Shown piece by piece: positions 29,157 through 38,982 of a stretch of DNA of 64,000 nt. The first letter of the stretch is position 1; each line of letters begins with the position of its first letter. The position numbers were made by a program, and so were the translations under genes. The stretch covers positions 86,823 through 150,822 of the forward strand of contig CAYGJA010000001.1 of NCBI GenBank assembly GCA_964350165.1, in the 5' to 3' direction. The stretch is from an uncultured Candidatus Saccharibacteria bacterium (GTDB taxonomy: Bacteria > Patescibacteriota > Minisyncoccia > Phycocordibacterales > UBA1006). The notes under the pieces are model-generated. The model had not been told where the DNA came from. It ran no database searches and saw nothing but the letters and a program-made list of their open reading frames with translations.

Positions 29157-30796
29157 TATTCTTGCTGGAACTCAGCGATGAACTGGCTTCCCTTGCCAAG
29201 CCCTTCTGACTCAATGCGCAATTCTCCAGCGTGCGCCTTTACGATTTGTTTTGCCAAATACAATCCCAAACCAGAACCTCCTGTGTTTGTTTTTTTGCCA
29301 GCATCACCGCGACTAAACTTTTGAAATAGCTTAGCAATGGTCTCTTTGGTAATCCCTTTGCCATTGTCTGCAACAGTAAGCTCAATATATTTTTTGTCTT
29401 CTTTTTGTCGCTTTTGCAATATTACGTTTATCTCTCCCCCTCTGTCGGTATATTTGATGGCATTGTCCACCAGGTTAACCACCACCTGTCGTAGTTTGAC
29501 TTGATCCCCCTTGAGGGCATAACGCCCAGGCTGTTTCATTTCGAAATCAAGACGTATGCCTTTCTGTTTTGCGTTTATTTTTTGTTCATCGACGACACTC
29601 TGCACCATAGAAGCCAAACTGAAAGTAATCATTTCATATTGGAGCCCCCCTTGCTCTATCTTGGAAACATCCAACAAATCAGTAATTATTTTGGCAAGAA
29701 TTGAACTGGACTCAAAAATACGGCGCACCGGCTCGTGCACCCTTTTTGTGATTTTCCCAAAAGAACCTTCCAGGATCATGGAAGAATACCCCTTGATAGA
29801 AGTAAGCGGTGTTCGAAGCTGATGAGAGGCCAATGACAAAAATTCAGTCTTTAGTTCATCTAATTTTTGTAGCTCCTTGTTTACTTCTTGCAGTTTTGTT
29901 GACAGCTTTTCAACGTCTTGCCTTTGTTCTATTTCTTTATTTACTGATCGAATCAACAACAAACCAACGGCCACCGTAAAGACGAACGACCCAATCCCAA
30001 TGGTTATGTCGGCAACGGTTCGTGCTACTGACAACAGTTGATAGAAGCTAATGATCCAGATAGCAAAAACCAGCACCTGAGTAAGAATCAATTTGAGATT
30101 GAACAGCTGATAGCGCAAAATCGCAACCGCAATCACAACCACCATAACCATAACCGTGATTTGAGACATCCAATTAAGCGCAAAAATTCCAAAAAAGGGC
30201 AACACCAAATTAGTAACAAAGCCAGTAAGAGCCGCAGCCAAAGTGCCTATAATAATAAAAAGTGCTTGTTTTTTTGTTTTGGTGTCTTTGTTTTGAGCGT
30301 AAAACTGCAAAAGATACAGATATCCGAAACCAATAACAACAGTCGCAAAAGAAGAATAAATAATTGAAGGCACCAGGCCAAAAAAAATTGCATTTTCTGC
30401 CCCAATACGTGGCTCAACACCAGTAATCAGTAAATTGGGTGCAAAGGCCAATATTGCAGAAACTGCAAAAAAACTAGTCACAAAAATTTGTTTTGTTTTT
30501 TTGACTCGTTTTTCAAAAAAAGAAGCAGTGAAATTAAAAAAAGTAAGCGGTACAAACGTAAAAGTTCCATAAAGAAATTTAGAAAACAGCAACACCTGAT
30601 CTGGCTCTGTTGCTGTTCTAAACAAAAACATGGACAACACCCAAGCATCAATTGCCAGTGCCAAGAAAAAATAGTGCTTATTCAGTCGTGCTTTTTCTTT
30701 GTTATTGAAATACACCAAAAAGCCAAGCAGGCTATTGGCTAAAACTACTACAATAAGGGCGATGCTGATGATGTCGATACTGTTACTAGGGCTCAC
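29153..30796 (-). CDS. Sensor histidine kinase with a polytopic N-terminal membrane domain; no response regulator adjacent
   Basis: H-box LASHQLRTPLTSIKGY, N/G1/G2 boxes (NLVDNAIKYT, GSGLGL), and about 8 TM helices N-terminally. Confidence 0.8.
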   Translation of the reverse strand: MSPSNSIDIISIALIVVVLANSLLGFLVYFNNKEKARLNKHYFFLALAIDAWVLSMFLFRTATEPDQVLLFSKFLYGTFTFVPLTFFNFTASFFEKRVKKTKQIFVTSFFAVSAILAFAPNLLITGVEPRIGAENAIFFGLVPSIIYSSFATVVIGFGYLYLLQFYAQNKDTKTKKQALFIIIGTLAAALTGFVTNLVLPFFGIFALNWMSQITVMVMVVVIAVAILRYQLFNLKLILTQVLVFAIWIISFYQLLSVARTVADITIGIGSFVFTVAVGLLLIRSVNKEIEQRQDVEKLSTKLQEVNKELQKLDELKTEFLSLASHQLRTPLTSIKGYSSMILEGSFGKITKRVHEPVRRIFESSSILAKIITDLLDVSKIEQGGLQYEMITFSLASMVQSVVDEQKINAKQKGIRLDFEMKQPGRYALKGDQVKLRQVVVNLVDNAIKYTDRGGEINVILQKRQKEDKKYIELTVADNGKGITKETIAKLFQKFSRGDAGKKTNTGGSGLGLYLAKQIVKAHAGELRIESEGLGKGSQFIAEFQQEY

Positions 30797-30805
30797 TGCC
30801 TGTAA

Positions 30806-32035
30806 TTATATCATCATGCTGGCTAGTCTTTTTTTAACTAGCTGAGTAACCTTGTCTATTTTTTCTTCGGTAACAGTATCAAAATAATTCTGAAAATCAG
30901 CCACTCGGAACCCAAGCTTTTCTCCGATGGTCTTTATTTCTGCTACGTGTTCAACACTTGCACGATTGATAACATAGTGCCCTTTGTGGTTATTGGCAGC
31001 CAAAGCCAAGAGCTCGGCCATACAGCAAAAATTATCCTCTCTGTCTTTTAGACCAAAACGAAAATGTGTCACCACGCCCGGGGTACGAACCGCGCCAGCC
31101 TCGAGCACCAGGACATCAGATTGTCGATGAACTTCTTCAGAGATATCAGTTGGTTGCGTGTCATCAATATAAATCGAGCCAGGAGTGGTTCTGTCGGTTG
31201 TGATCAGCGCTTCGGAAGCATTAGTTGCAGTAAAGATGACAATTGCTTGCTTAGATTCAGAGACATCGGAGGAAACAGTGTACGTACCGCTTGGCCTAAT
31301 CTCTAGGAGTTCTTTTTGCAGTTGTTTTACTTTGTCTATTTTTCTCTCTAAATCAATCAATCGAATATTTGTGGCCCCTGTTGTTGCGAGGTATTTGGCA
31401 ACAGTAGACCCTACCGATCCTGCAGCGCCCACAATTGCCAAAGGCATCGTATTTCTCTCTTGCTGCAAAGACATTCTTTCCAAAATTGCTTCGTAATTTT
31501 GGACAACATTGAGAGCGGTATAAGCATGTCCGGTTGTAACATCGACACCCAAATCTAACAAGTCTTGGCCTCCTTTTGATAAAGATGCTGTGTATCCGGC
31601 CAGGCCTACTATTTTTGCACCCTGCTTAGATGCATGACGCACAGCGGACCGAATCTGCTTGATTGCCCTAGGTCTATCATCCAAAAGATCTTTGGCTGTC
31701 ATGGGAACAGTGATAACACAGCCGAGAACCTCCTTGCCATCAACCGTGGATCTGAGTCCTGTTATTTCTGAAGCAGTAACTGGCCAAAAAAAACGACGAA
31801 TCAAAATACGCATTATTTTTTTTGGAATTTTTCTAAAAAAAGGAAACTTTCTATAAATCTCAGCATAATCACGAGGGTGCCCCAAAAAACAAAAATGGTA
31901 TTTTTTTAATTTTTTGGGCACCAAAAAATTAGGCAACAATTTAATTAACAAGTCTTTAAAGAGGCCATAAATTTGTTTCAATGTTTTCATAAATACCAAA
32001 TAATTACTTTCTAAAAACTTGAAGTATCTTGGCAT
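30806..32035 (-). CDS. AAR-like (acyl-ACP reductase family) NAD(P)-dependent oxidoreductase with a basic N-terminal extension
   Basis: The blocks HFCFLGHP, GLAGYTASL, TTGHAYTALNV and the Rossmann AIVGAAGSVGSTVAKYL align with cyanobacterial acyl-ACP reductase blocks (FGLIGH, LGGFTSI, TTGNTHTAY, VVGATGDIGSAV). Overlaps the downstream acyltransferase gene by 32 nt. Confidence 0.5.
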   Translation of the reverse strand: MPRYFKFLESNYLVFMKTLKQIYGLFKDLLIKLLPNFLVPKKLKKYHFCFLGHPRDYAEIYRKFPFFRKIPKKIMRILIRRFFWPVTASEITGLRSTVDGKEVLGCVITVPMTAKDLLDDRPRAIKQIRSAVRHASKQGAKIVGLAGYTASLSKGGQDLLDLGVDVTTGHAYTALNVVQNYEAILERMSLQQERNTMPLAIVGAAGSVGSTVAKYLATTGATNIRLIDLERKIDKVKQLQKELLEIRPSGTYTVSSDVSESKQAIVIFTATNASEALITTDRTTPGSIYIDDTQPTDISEEVHRQSDVLVLEAGAVRTPGVVTHFRFGLKDREDNFCCMAELLALAANNHKGHYVINRASVEHVAEIKTIGEKLGFRVADFQNYFDTVTEEKIDKVTQLVKKRLASMMI

Positions 32036-32864
32036 TTGCCTGCTCGATGTCTTTCTGATGCAATTCCAGGGCGGCAGTTCGGCTGTCTAACAAAGAGGCG
32101 GTAAACAAATCTTCTGGATAAAAAGGTGCTTTTACTTCAAATTTAATGCTAGTCTTTCTGAAAAAGAAAGATCGTAAAGTTAACGGGCAAGAAAGAACAA
32201 CTCGTATTGGAACTACGGGGCGACGTGAATAATAAGAAAGCACGGCTGTTCCGGGCAAAACCTTGGTCACTACGCCCAAGGGGTCTATTGTTCCAGAAGG
32301 AAAAATGATCAAAGAATGACCAAAGTCTTTTAATAATTCAATATGGTTTGCCAACTTGATACGATACGGCAAATGTTTATTTTTTCTATCAAAAGCACAT
32401 GCTCCGCAAATATCAAAAACCCAACCGCCGTAAAATATCTTTTTTAATAAATTTCCCTTGGCAATTTCTGTTTTATAGAATTTTGATTCGAAAGTAAAAA
32501 ATCGAACTGGAAAATGTCGCGAAAAAAAACCAAAAATGCTTGGTATTAAGAGAATATCAATCTCTGAAAAATGAGAAGCTGCAAAAATAACGTTCCGTGA
32601 CTCTTTTTTAAAAGTTTCATTCGGATCTTCTATGGTTGCACGCAACCACCATCGCAGAAAAAAACCAAGAGGGTATGCAAGATATTGCACAAAACGCACC
32701 AACAAAAAGAAACCCTTTCTTTGCGAAACACTGGACCCTTGTCCGGAAGCATTATCCGCAAAATCTACTTCTTCTCGTTGTGACTCTCCACCCAAAAGAG
32801 CACCTCCTCCTGCTGTCTTGAGAACCGGTGACCATTCTTGTTTTATGTCTTTAGGATTATGCAT
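32004..32864 (-). CDS. Lysophospholipid/glycerol-3-P acyltransferase family protein (PlsC/LPLAT)
   Basis: Acyltransferase motifs I (AASHFSEID, HxxxxD), III (FPSGT) and IV (VVPIRVV). Confidence 0.65.
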   Translation of the reverse strand: MHNPKDIKQEWSPVLKTAGGGALLGGESQREEVDFADNASGQGSSVSQRKGFFLLVRFVQYLAYPLGFFLRWWLRATIEDPNETFKKESRNVIFAASHFSEIDILLIPSIFGFFSRHFPVRFFTFESKFYKTEIAKGNLLKKIFYGGWVFDICGACAFDRKNKHLPYRIKLANHIELLKDFGHSLIIFPSGTIDPLGVVTKVLPGTAVLSYYSRRPVVPIRVVLSCPLTLRSFFFRKTSIKFEVKAPFYPEDLFTASLLDSRTAALELHQKDIEQANAKILQVFRK

Positions 32865-32872
32865 ACAGTGTT

Positions 32873-33559
32873 TTATATTCTTGATAATAAACGCCCTCTT
32901 TGTTTTTCAGTAAAATTGCCCGCCCAATCGGCAACATTTGCAGGAAAGAGAATGTAGAAAATTTTCTGAATAGTTCTGAAGGAAAATCCTATTTGTTCCA
33001 AATGATGGATCACGTGTCGTGAGCAGTTGTTTAAAAGAACGTGATATTTTTCAACTCGAGAATGATTTACAACATTTGTGCGCTTTGCCAAACTTTTAAA
33101 AAGCTGAATACGTTGTTTGCGGGATAATCGCAAAGGGGTGGTAAAAACCGGCTCACTGGTGCCCACGTTTTGGCGCACATGAATCAGGTCTTCGGCAGTA
33201 CCCCAAACATACTGCAATCTATTTGTTCCCAAAAAAGTTCTAAATGAGAATGTTTGGCCCACCAGACAGCTCAGCTCAGGTGAAGCAATAATAATCCTCT
33301 CTTTTATCTTGAAGCCAACCATTACATGTGCGACTCCGCGTGCAAAAAAAGGAACCGTATACAGAAAGGCTTCGGCAACATCATGAAGAGAAAAAGTAAA
33401 ATCAGCCCAGCGTTCTTCTGGCTTATCCTCAACTCCTTCTGGATAAGAAAAATCTCTAAGATTTTCTATTTTCCAAAACGAACCAGTATTCACCACCCGA
33501 GCCAGGTTACGAAAACCAGCTTTCCACTTATCTCTGTTGTTTTTTATTTCGTCTGACAT
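32873..33559 (-). CDS. Hypothetical protein, first gene of the acyl-lipid operon; YHVLLNNC motif, possibly DUF4105/Lnb-like
   Basis: The start is taken at MSDEIKN, because the ORF-track N-terminus would translate the terminator hairpin. No TM or signal peptide; the family call rests on an unverified motif resemblance. Confidence 0.4.
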   Translation of the reverse strand: MSDEIKNNRDKWKAGFRNLARVVNTGSFWKIENLRDFSYPEGVEDKPEERWADFTFSLHDVAEAFLYTVPFFARGVAHVMVGFKIKERIIIASPELSCLVGQTFSFRTFLGTNRLQYVWGTAEDLIHVRQNVGTSEPVFTTPLRLSRKQRIQLFKSLAKRTNVVNHSRVEKYHVLLNNCSRHVIHHLEQIGFSFRTIQKIFYILFPANVADWAGNFTEKQRGRLLSRI

Positions 33560-33570
33560 AAAAAATAACA

Positions 33571-33599
33571 AAAAAGACGGCATTAAGCCGTCTTTTTTT
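33571..33599. terminator. Intrinsic terminator downstream of dnaJ
   Basis: aaaaagacggc-attaa-gccgtcttttttt. Confidence 0.6.
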
Positions 33600-33719
33600 A
33601 AGAGCAAATTAAATTAACGTTAATCCCACCGGCGTAACTACGCCCGGGACCAGAACGAAAACTTAACTTACTACTTATATCCATATACATATTATAACAC
33701 AGAGGGGTGTTTTGTAAAG

Positions 33720-34586
33720 CTACAAACCCTCTTCGGCCAACTGTTCTACCAGTTTTTTCTGTGACTTGGATAGTTTATCAGGAATTTGAATCTTCGTCAC
33801 GATAAGCAAGTCTCCGCGCCCAGCCACTCCTTTGCCTCGCACCCGGAGCATTTGACCAGGACGCAGGCCTTTGGGGATTTTTATGGTTGTGTTTTTTTCG
33901 TCCAATAGCTCGATTTCTTTGTTGGCACCAAGAATAGCTTCGGTTAATTTGATGTCCATATCCATCACCAGATGCATTCCTTCTTTCCTAAAGATGCGGT
34001 GGGGCTGAACGTCTAACTGAATATACAGGTCGCCGTCTCGGCCATTATCTATCTTTTCGCCATAACCCTGTAACCGTAATTGCTGGCCACGTTCTACTCC
34101 AGGGGGAACCGTAATCGTAACTTCTCTCGTTTTTCCTGTTTTAGGATCTTGGACAGAAATATCTTTTTTTACTCCTTCAATAGACTCTCGAAAAGTGAGC
34201 CTTACAGACATGTGATAGTCTCGGCCTCGTGGTGTTCGTTGGAAACCTCCACCAGCAAAAGCAGAAAAGATATCGTTCAAATCAAAGCCGTCAAAACTAG
34301 CTCCTCCCTGTTGCTGAAAACCAGAGAAATCAAAACCACCAAAGCCACCGCCCGCTCCTCCACCAAAACCAGCACCCGGTCCAGCTGATCCAAACCTGTC
34401 GTATTGGGCGCGTTTTTCTTTGTTGGACAATGTCTGATAAGCCTCATTAGCTTCTTTGAATTTTGCCTCATCACCGTCTTTTTTGTCGGGATGATATTTG
34501 TGAGCGAGCCGGTGAAAAGCTTTTTTAATCTCGGAATCAGAAGCAGATTTTTCTACGCCAAGTATGTTGTAATAATCCTTGCTCAT
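33720..34586 (-). CDS. dnaJ: J-domain co-chaperone (DnaJ/CbpA type II, no zinc-finger domain)
   Basis: J domain with HPD (YHPDKK), a G/F-rich region and a C-terminal substrate-binding region. No CxxCxGxG repeats. Confidence 0.75.
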   Translation of the reverse strand: MSKDYYNILGVEKSASDSEIKKAFHRLAHKYHPDKKDGDEAKFKEANEAYQTLSNKEKRAQYDRFGSAGPGAGFGGGAGGGFGGFDFSGFQQQGGASFDGFDLNDIFSAFAGGGFQRTPRGRDYHMSVRLTFRESIEGVKKDISVQDPKTGKTREVTITVPPGVERGQQLRLQGYGEKIDNGRDGDLYIQLDVQPHRIFRKEGMHLVMDMDIKLTEAILGANKEIELLDEKNTTIKIPKGLRPGQMLRVRGKGVAGRGDLLIVTKIQIPDKLSKSQKKLVEQLAEEGL

Positions 34587-34592
34587 GTCGGA

Positions 34593-36488
34593 CTATTTAT
34601 CGTCTTCTACTTCAGCATCAACAATATTGTCTTCATTTCCAGCCTCGTCTTCTACTTTTTCGCCGGCGGGATTTGCTTCGGTTGAATCTGATTTTTGGAG
34701 AAGTTCATATATTTTTTGTACTTCTTCTAACAAGCCCTCATTGGCAGTCTTGATAGCCTCGATATCATCGCCGTCTTTTACTTTTTTTAGTTCGTCAATT
34801 TTTTCTTGAATGGCTGTTTTTACTGTTTCTTCAATTTTTTCACCATTATCCTTGAGGGCTTTTTCGGCCATAAAGACAGAGGATTCTGCTTGATTCTTGA
34901 TTTCTACTTTTTCTTTTTTCTTGGCATCTTCATCTGCGTGAACATCCGCTTCATTTTTCATGCGATTGATTTCTTCTTCGGAAAGACCAGAGGATCCCTC
35001 GATTCGAATTGAATTCTCTTTGCCAGTCGCCTTGTCCTTGGCGGTAACTTTCAAAATACCATTGGCATCCACATCAAAGGTAACCTCTACTTGTGGCATA
35101 CCGCGTGGTGCAGGTGGAATACCATCCAAGATAAAACGTCCCAAAGATTTGTTGTCTTGCGCCATTGGTCGCTCCCCTTGAACAACGTGAATTTCAACAG
35201 AAGTTTGGTTGTCGGCAGCGGTTGAGAATACTTGTGAATGTTGAGTAGGAATAGTTGTGTTTTTTTCTATCAATTTTGTGGCTACTCCTCCCATGGTTTC
35301 GATACCCATAGAAAGCGGAATAACATCCAAAAGAAGCACGTCTTTTACGTCTCCCTGCAATACTCCAGCCTGAACAGCTGCTCCAGCAGCTACAACCTCG
35401 TCTGGATTAATAGACCGATTAGGATCTTTGCCAAAGAGCTTCTTCACTTCTTCTTGGATTTTTGGCATTCGAGTCTGTCCTCCAACCAAAATGATTTCAT
35501 TGATATCAGAAGCACTCATGCCGGCGTCTTTTAGTACGTTACGAGTTATTTCGATAGACTTGTCGACATACACAGCCGCCAATTCTTCTAGTTTTGAACG
35601 AGAAAGCTTTACCAAGAGATGTTTTGGACCAGAAGCATCAGAGGTAATAAAAGGAATATTTACTTCTGTTTCTGTTGCCGTTGATAATTCATGCTTTGCT
35701 TTTTCGGCGGCCTCGTCGAGACGCTGCACAGCCAAAGGATCTCCCAAGATATCAACCCCTTGGTCTTTTTTGAACTCAGCCGCAATATAATCAATAATAG
35801 CCTGATCAATATCTCGACCCCCCATATGAGAATCACCTCCGGTAGCTTTGACTTCTACCACATCAGCGCCAACCTCTAGAACAGAAACGTCAAAAGTTCC
35901 TCCACCAAAGTCATACACAACAATGCGCTCGTCTTTCTTTTTGTCAAAGCCATACGCAAGAGCAGCGGCTGTTGGTTCGTTGATAATTCTCTTTACATCA
36001 AGACCCGCAATCTTTCCGGCATCTTTTGTTGCTTTGCGCTGTGAATCATCGAAGTAAGCCGGAACAGTAATAACGGCTTCAGTTACTTCTTCTCCTAGTT
36101 TTGCCTCTACATCAGCTTTTATTTTCTGAAGAAGCATGGCTGAGATTTCTTCTGGACGATAACCTTTGTCGCCCATAGTAATCAAGACACCACCGTCTTC
36201 ACCTTTTTTAATCTCATAAGGAACTTTGCCTTTTAGATTGGTGACCACATCATCTTCGAAGCGGTGTCCCATGTAGCGCTTTACTCCATATACAGTGTTT
36301 TTGGGGTTGGTTACCGCCTGACGCTTGGCGGTTACACCGACCTGACGTTCACCATTTTTTGCCAAAGCAATGACCGAAGGCGTGGTTCGAGCCCCTTCGC
36401 TATTTTCGATAATTTTGGGCTGTCCCGCCTCAATGATTGCAACGGCGCTATTTGTGGTTCCCAAATCAATTCCAATTATTTTTGACAT
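34593..36488 (-). CDS. dnaK: Molecular chaperone DnaK (Hsp70)
   Basis: [21 protein letters not shown] and other Hsp70 signatures. 631 aa. Confidence 0.95.
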   Translation of the reverse strand: MSKIIGIDLGTTNSAVAIIEAGQPKIIENSEGARTTPSVIALAKNGERQVGVTAKRQAVTNPKNTVYGVKRYMGHRFEDDVVTNLKGKVPYEIKKGEDGGVLITMGDKGYRPEEISAMLLQKIKADVEAKLGEEVTEAVITVPAYFDDSQRKATKDAGKIAGLDVKRIINEPTAAALAYGFDKKKDERIVVYDFGGGTFDVSVLEVGADVVEVKATGGDSHMGGRDIDQAIIDYIAAEFKKDQGVDILGDPLAVQRLDEAAEKAKHELSTATETEVNIPFITSDASGPKHLLVKLSRSKLEELAAVYVDKSIEITRNVLKDAGMSASDINEIILVGGQTRMPKIQEEVKKLFGKDPNRSINPDEVVAAGAAVQAGVLQGDVKDVLLLDVIPLSMGIETMGGVATKLIEKNTTIPTQHSQVFSTAADNQTSVEIHVVQGERPMAQDNKSLGRFILDGIPPAPRGMPQVEVTFDVDANGILKVTAKDKATGKENSIRIEGSSGLSEEEINRMKNEADVHADEDAKKKEKVEIKNQAESSVFMAEKALKDNGEKIEETVKTAIQEKIDELKKVKDGDDIEAIKTANEGLLEEVQKIYELLQKSDSTEANPAGEKVEDEAGNEDNIVDAEVEDDK

Positions 36489-36515
36489 AAAATTATTTGC
36501 TAGTTTAATAATTAA

Positions 36516-37112
36516 TTATTCTTCAGAAGAAGTCTGCGTATACACACTGACTTTTGCCGGACGGATAACCCTACCCCCCAACAAATAACCAGTCTGTTTC
36601 ACTTCTCTCACAAGATTATCTTTGTCTTTGTCTTCCGTTTCCAAAAATTCAACAGCCTCATGGAGCCGAGGATCAAACTGCTGATCTACAGCAACAATGA
36701 CCTCGAGTCCGTATTCAGTCAAAACTTTCTGCAGCTGAGAATAGATATATTCGACACCCGTTCTCCAACCCTGGTCAACCGACTGCCAGGCCTCTGTATT
36801 AGACATGGCCATGGAAAAACTGTCGGCTACCGGCAACAAATCCTCGAGCAAGCGAGCATTGGCAAAACTTTGTCGCTCTCTCTGTTCGGTTTCCATGCGT
36901 TTTTTTGCATTTACCAATTCAGCGCGAGCACTCTGCCAACCTTGCAGATATTCTTGCTTTTCGAGTTTTAAGGACTTTATTTCGTCCTTAAGTTTCTTGA
37001 GCTTGGACTGAAAATCTCCTTCATATTCTTCGGAAACAATCTCTTCTGTAAGAATTTCTTCTTCGGGGGTATCTATTTGATCATTTGTATTTTTTCTTTT
37101 TGACATAGACAT
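36516..37112 (-). CDS. grpE: Nucleotide exchange factor GrpE
   Basis: Coiled-coil N-terminus and the conserved C-terminal GrpE beta-domain pattern (FDPRLHEAV...GYLLGGRVIRPAKV). Confidence 0.85.
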   Translation of the reverse strand: MSMSKRKNTNDQIDTPEEEILTEEIVSEEYEGDFQSKLKKLKDEIKSLKLEKQEYLQGWQSARAELVNAKKRMETEQRERQSFANARLLEDLLPVADSFSMAMSNTEAWQSVDQGWRTGVEYIYSQLQKVLTEYGLEVIVAVDQQFDPRLHEAVEFLETEDKDKDNLVREVKQTGYLLGGRVIRPAKVSVYTQTSSEE

Positions 37113-37142
37113 TAATTACTTCTTGTGTGCCATCGATGTCTA

Positions 37143-37176
37143 TTATATACAAAGTCGGTTTTTTTGACAAATTTTA
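37143..37176 (-). promoter_or_regulatory. Sigma70-like promoter of grpE-dnaK-dnaJ (TTGTCA-18-TATAAT); no CIRCE element
   Basis: Read on the minus strand. The same TTGACAA hexamer position can serve as the -35 for the divergent + gene, and the 8-mer ATGTCTAT occurs on both strands around the TSS and start codon. Confidence 0.35.
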
Positions 37177-37230
37177 CGTGTACGTGAAATACATGTTGAA
37201 TATATTTCTCATATCTATTATGATGTTCTC

Positions 37231-37776
37231 ATGAGTAGAAAAAACTCCTACAAGAAAAAACTTCTCGACATCCTGCAACGCAAACGAGCCAGCTCCACCG
37301 AAGACCTTGTTGAAGAGGCCCTTACGGCTTTCCCTGCAAAAAAACAAGACACTTCGTTGCGTTATCGTTTTCAGAGGACGTTAAAACAACTTCAGGAAAA
37401 CAATCTGGTAGAAATACGAGAAACAGAACGATCACGTTTTGCTCGTCTAACCCCTCACGGACAACACACGCTCCGCACCATGTCCCTAGGAGACAACCAG
37501 AGCCTTACCTCTATGCGCTGGGACGGTTATTGGCGCATTGTTATCATGAATATTCCAGAAGACCGCAAGGACGAGCGAGACGCTTTTCGATATCTTCTCA
37601 AAAAAGCGAATTTTGCTTGTGTGAAAAATTCTGTCTGGGTTTCTCCTCACCCACTAGAACATTTGCTAGAAAATCTCAAAAAAGATTTTGGTTTTACTGA
37701 TGAAATCTTCATTATTCTTTCCAACAAAATAGACCCTGTCAGTGAAGAGATTTTTATTCGATCAATCAGAGATTAG
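37231..37776 (+). CDS. PaaX-family-like transcriptional regulator (N-terminal wHTH + WDGxW...SVWVSPH domain)
   Basis: WDGYWRIVIMNIPEDRKDERDAFRYLLKKANFACVKNSVWVSPHP resembles the PaaX middle-domain signature (WDGxWxLvxxxiPExxRxxRDxLRxxLxxxGFgxLxxSvWisP). Divergent from grpE. Confidence 0.45.
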   Translation: MSRKNSYKKKLLDILQRKRASSTEDLVEEALTAFPAKKQDTSLRYRFQRTLKQLQENNLVEIRETERSRFARLTPHGQHTLRTMSLGDNQSLTSMRWDGYWRIVIMNIPEDRKDERDAFRYLLKKANFACVKNSVWVSPHPLEHLLENLKKDFGFTDEIFIILSNKIDPVSEEIFIRSIRD

Positions 37777-37785
37777 CCAAAAATA

Positions 37786-37818
37786 ATCCAAAACAAAAAC
37801 CCTTTCGGGTTTTTGTTT
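37786..37818. terminator. Bidirectional intrinsic terminator
   Basis: caaaaaccc-tttc-gggtttttg sits between the + regulator gene and convergent rpsI. Confidence 0.6.
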
Positions 37819-37824
37819 TGGTGA

Positions 37825-38241
37825 TTATCGTTTTCGCCACTGAACTCGTTTGCGAGCTTTGCGTAGTCCGAATTTTTTTCGTTCTACTTTTCGAGGGTCT
37901 CGCTTCAAGAACCCAAGTCGTTTGAGCGGTGTTCGTTGCTCTTCATCGTGAACGCTAAGCGCTCGAGAAATTCCCAAACGTACAGATTCTGCCTGAGAAG
38001 ATGTTCCTCCGCCAGAAACAACTACCGATATTTTGAATTTTGGTTCAATTTCAGTTTTTGTAAAAGGAGACTCTACCACCTTTTGCAGTTCAGCTGTTGG
38101 AAAATATTCCCTAAAGTCTTTGCCGTTTACAGTAACCTGCAAACTATCATGTATAAAAATTCGAACCTGAGCAGTAGCCGTCTTTCGGCGACCGATAGCT
38201 GGTACGTACTTGTCTTTGGTTGCGGTGGTAAGTTTCGGCAT
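37825..38241 (-). CDS. rpsI: 30S ribosomal protein S9
   Basis: C-terminus RDPRKVERKKFGLRKARKRVQWRKR is canonical S9. Confidence 0.9.
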   Translation of the reverse strand: MPKLTTATKDKYVPAIGRRKTATAQVRIFIHDSLQVTVNGKDFREYFPTAELQKVVESPFTKTEIEPKFKISVVVSGGGTSSQAESVRLGISRALSVHDEEQRTPLKRLGFLKRDPRKVERKKFGLRKARKRVQWRKR

Positions 38242-38243
38242 AA

Positions 38244-38594
38244 TTATTCTTCGATTAGCAAATTTTTTATGAACTGACTGCGAAGCTTATTCTTGGGTAG
38301 CATGCCATACACAGCTCTACGCAAAACTTCAGCCTGACCTTTTTTCTCAATCACTTTTGATCGTGTGGTGTGTCGCAATCCACCCGGGTATCCAGTGTAG
38401 TGGGTGTAGGCATCAGCCAGCTTCTTTTCTGATAATTCCAAACCAGAAGCATTTTTAACAACAACCTGCACTGCTGGAATTACATTTGCCTGGAACTGAG
38501 GAGTGTTCTTTCCGCGCAACAAATCAGCTATCTGAACAGCAATAACTCCGAGGGATTTCTTTTCTTCTTTTATGTCTATAACGTAATGCTTCAT
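38244..38594 (-). CDS. rplM: 50S ribosomal protein L13
   Basis: 116 aa; GRLATxLAxxLRGK-like LGVIAVQIADLLRGK and KGMLPKN in the conserved position, upstream of rpsI. Confidence 0.85.
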   Translation of the reverse strand: MKHYVIDIKEEKKSLGVIAVQIADLLRGKNTPQFQANVIPAVQVVVKNASGLELSEKKLADAYTHYTGYPGGLRHTTRSKVIEKKGQAEVLRRAVYGMLPKNKLRSQFIKNLLIEE

Positions 38595-38599
38595 GGTTT

Positions 38600-38956
38600 T
38601 TATACAAACTGAATTATGGCCATCGGACTTGCGTCTCCTTTTCGCTGAGGAAGCTTCACGACTCGAGTATATCCACCTGGTCGATCAACATATCGCTTTG
38701 CCAAGTCGTCTACAAGCTTGGTTACAGCAGAATCCTGACCTTCACCCAAACGGCTAGCAATAAGCCTACGGTTGGCGACCGAGTCTTTTTCGGCCTTTGT
38801 CACTAATTTTTCAATATAAGGACGCAACTCTTTTGCGCGCGCTTCTGTAGTAGTAACAGATTCGTGCTGGATAAGAGACAAAGCCAGAGAACGCATCAGT
38901 GCCGTGCGCTGGTTAGCGTCTCGTCCAAATTTTCGATTAGTGTTGTGGTGATTCAT
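38600..38956 (-). CDS. rplQ: 50S ribosomal protein L17
   Basis: RKFGRDANQRTALMRSLALSLIQHESVTTT...GGYTRVVKL matches the L17 signature. Confidence 0.9.
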   Translation of the reverse strand: MNHHNTNRKFGRDANQRTALMRSLALSLIQHESVTTTEARAKELRPYIEKLVTKAEKDSVANRRLIASRLGEGQDSAVTKLVDDLAKRYVDRPGGYTRVVKLPQRKGDASPMAIIQFV

Positions 38957-38982
38957 GGTGCCAGTACTCTATCATTACAGCC

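Noticed and set aside
29153-30796. Partner response regulator for the sensor kinase
   Set aside because: Neither flank encodes a receiver or DNA-binding response regulator. The kinase appears to be an orphan within this window.
37113-37230. Expected CIRCE (TTAGCACTC-N9-GAGTGCTAA) upstream of grpE-dnaK-dnaJ
   Set aside because: I searched by eye on both strands and found nothing resembling CIRCE. The promoter is sigma70-like.
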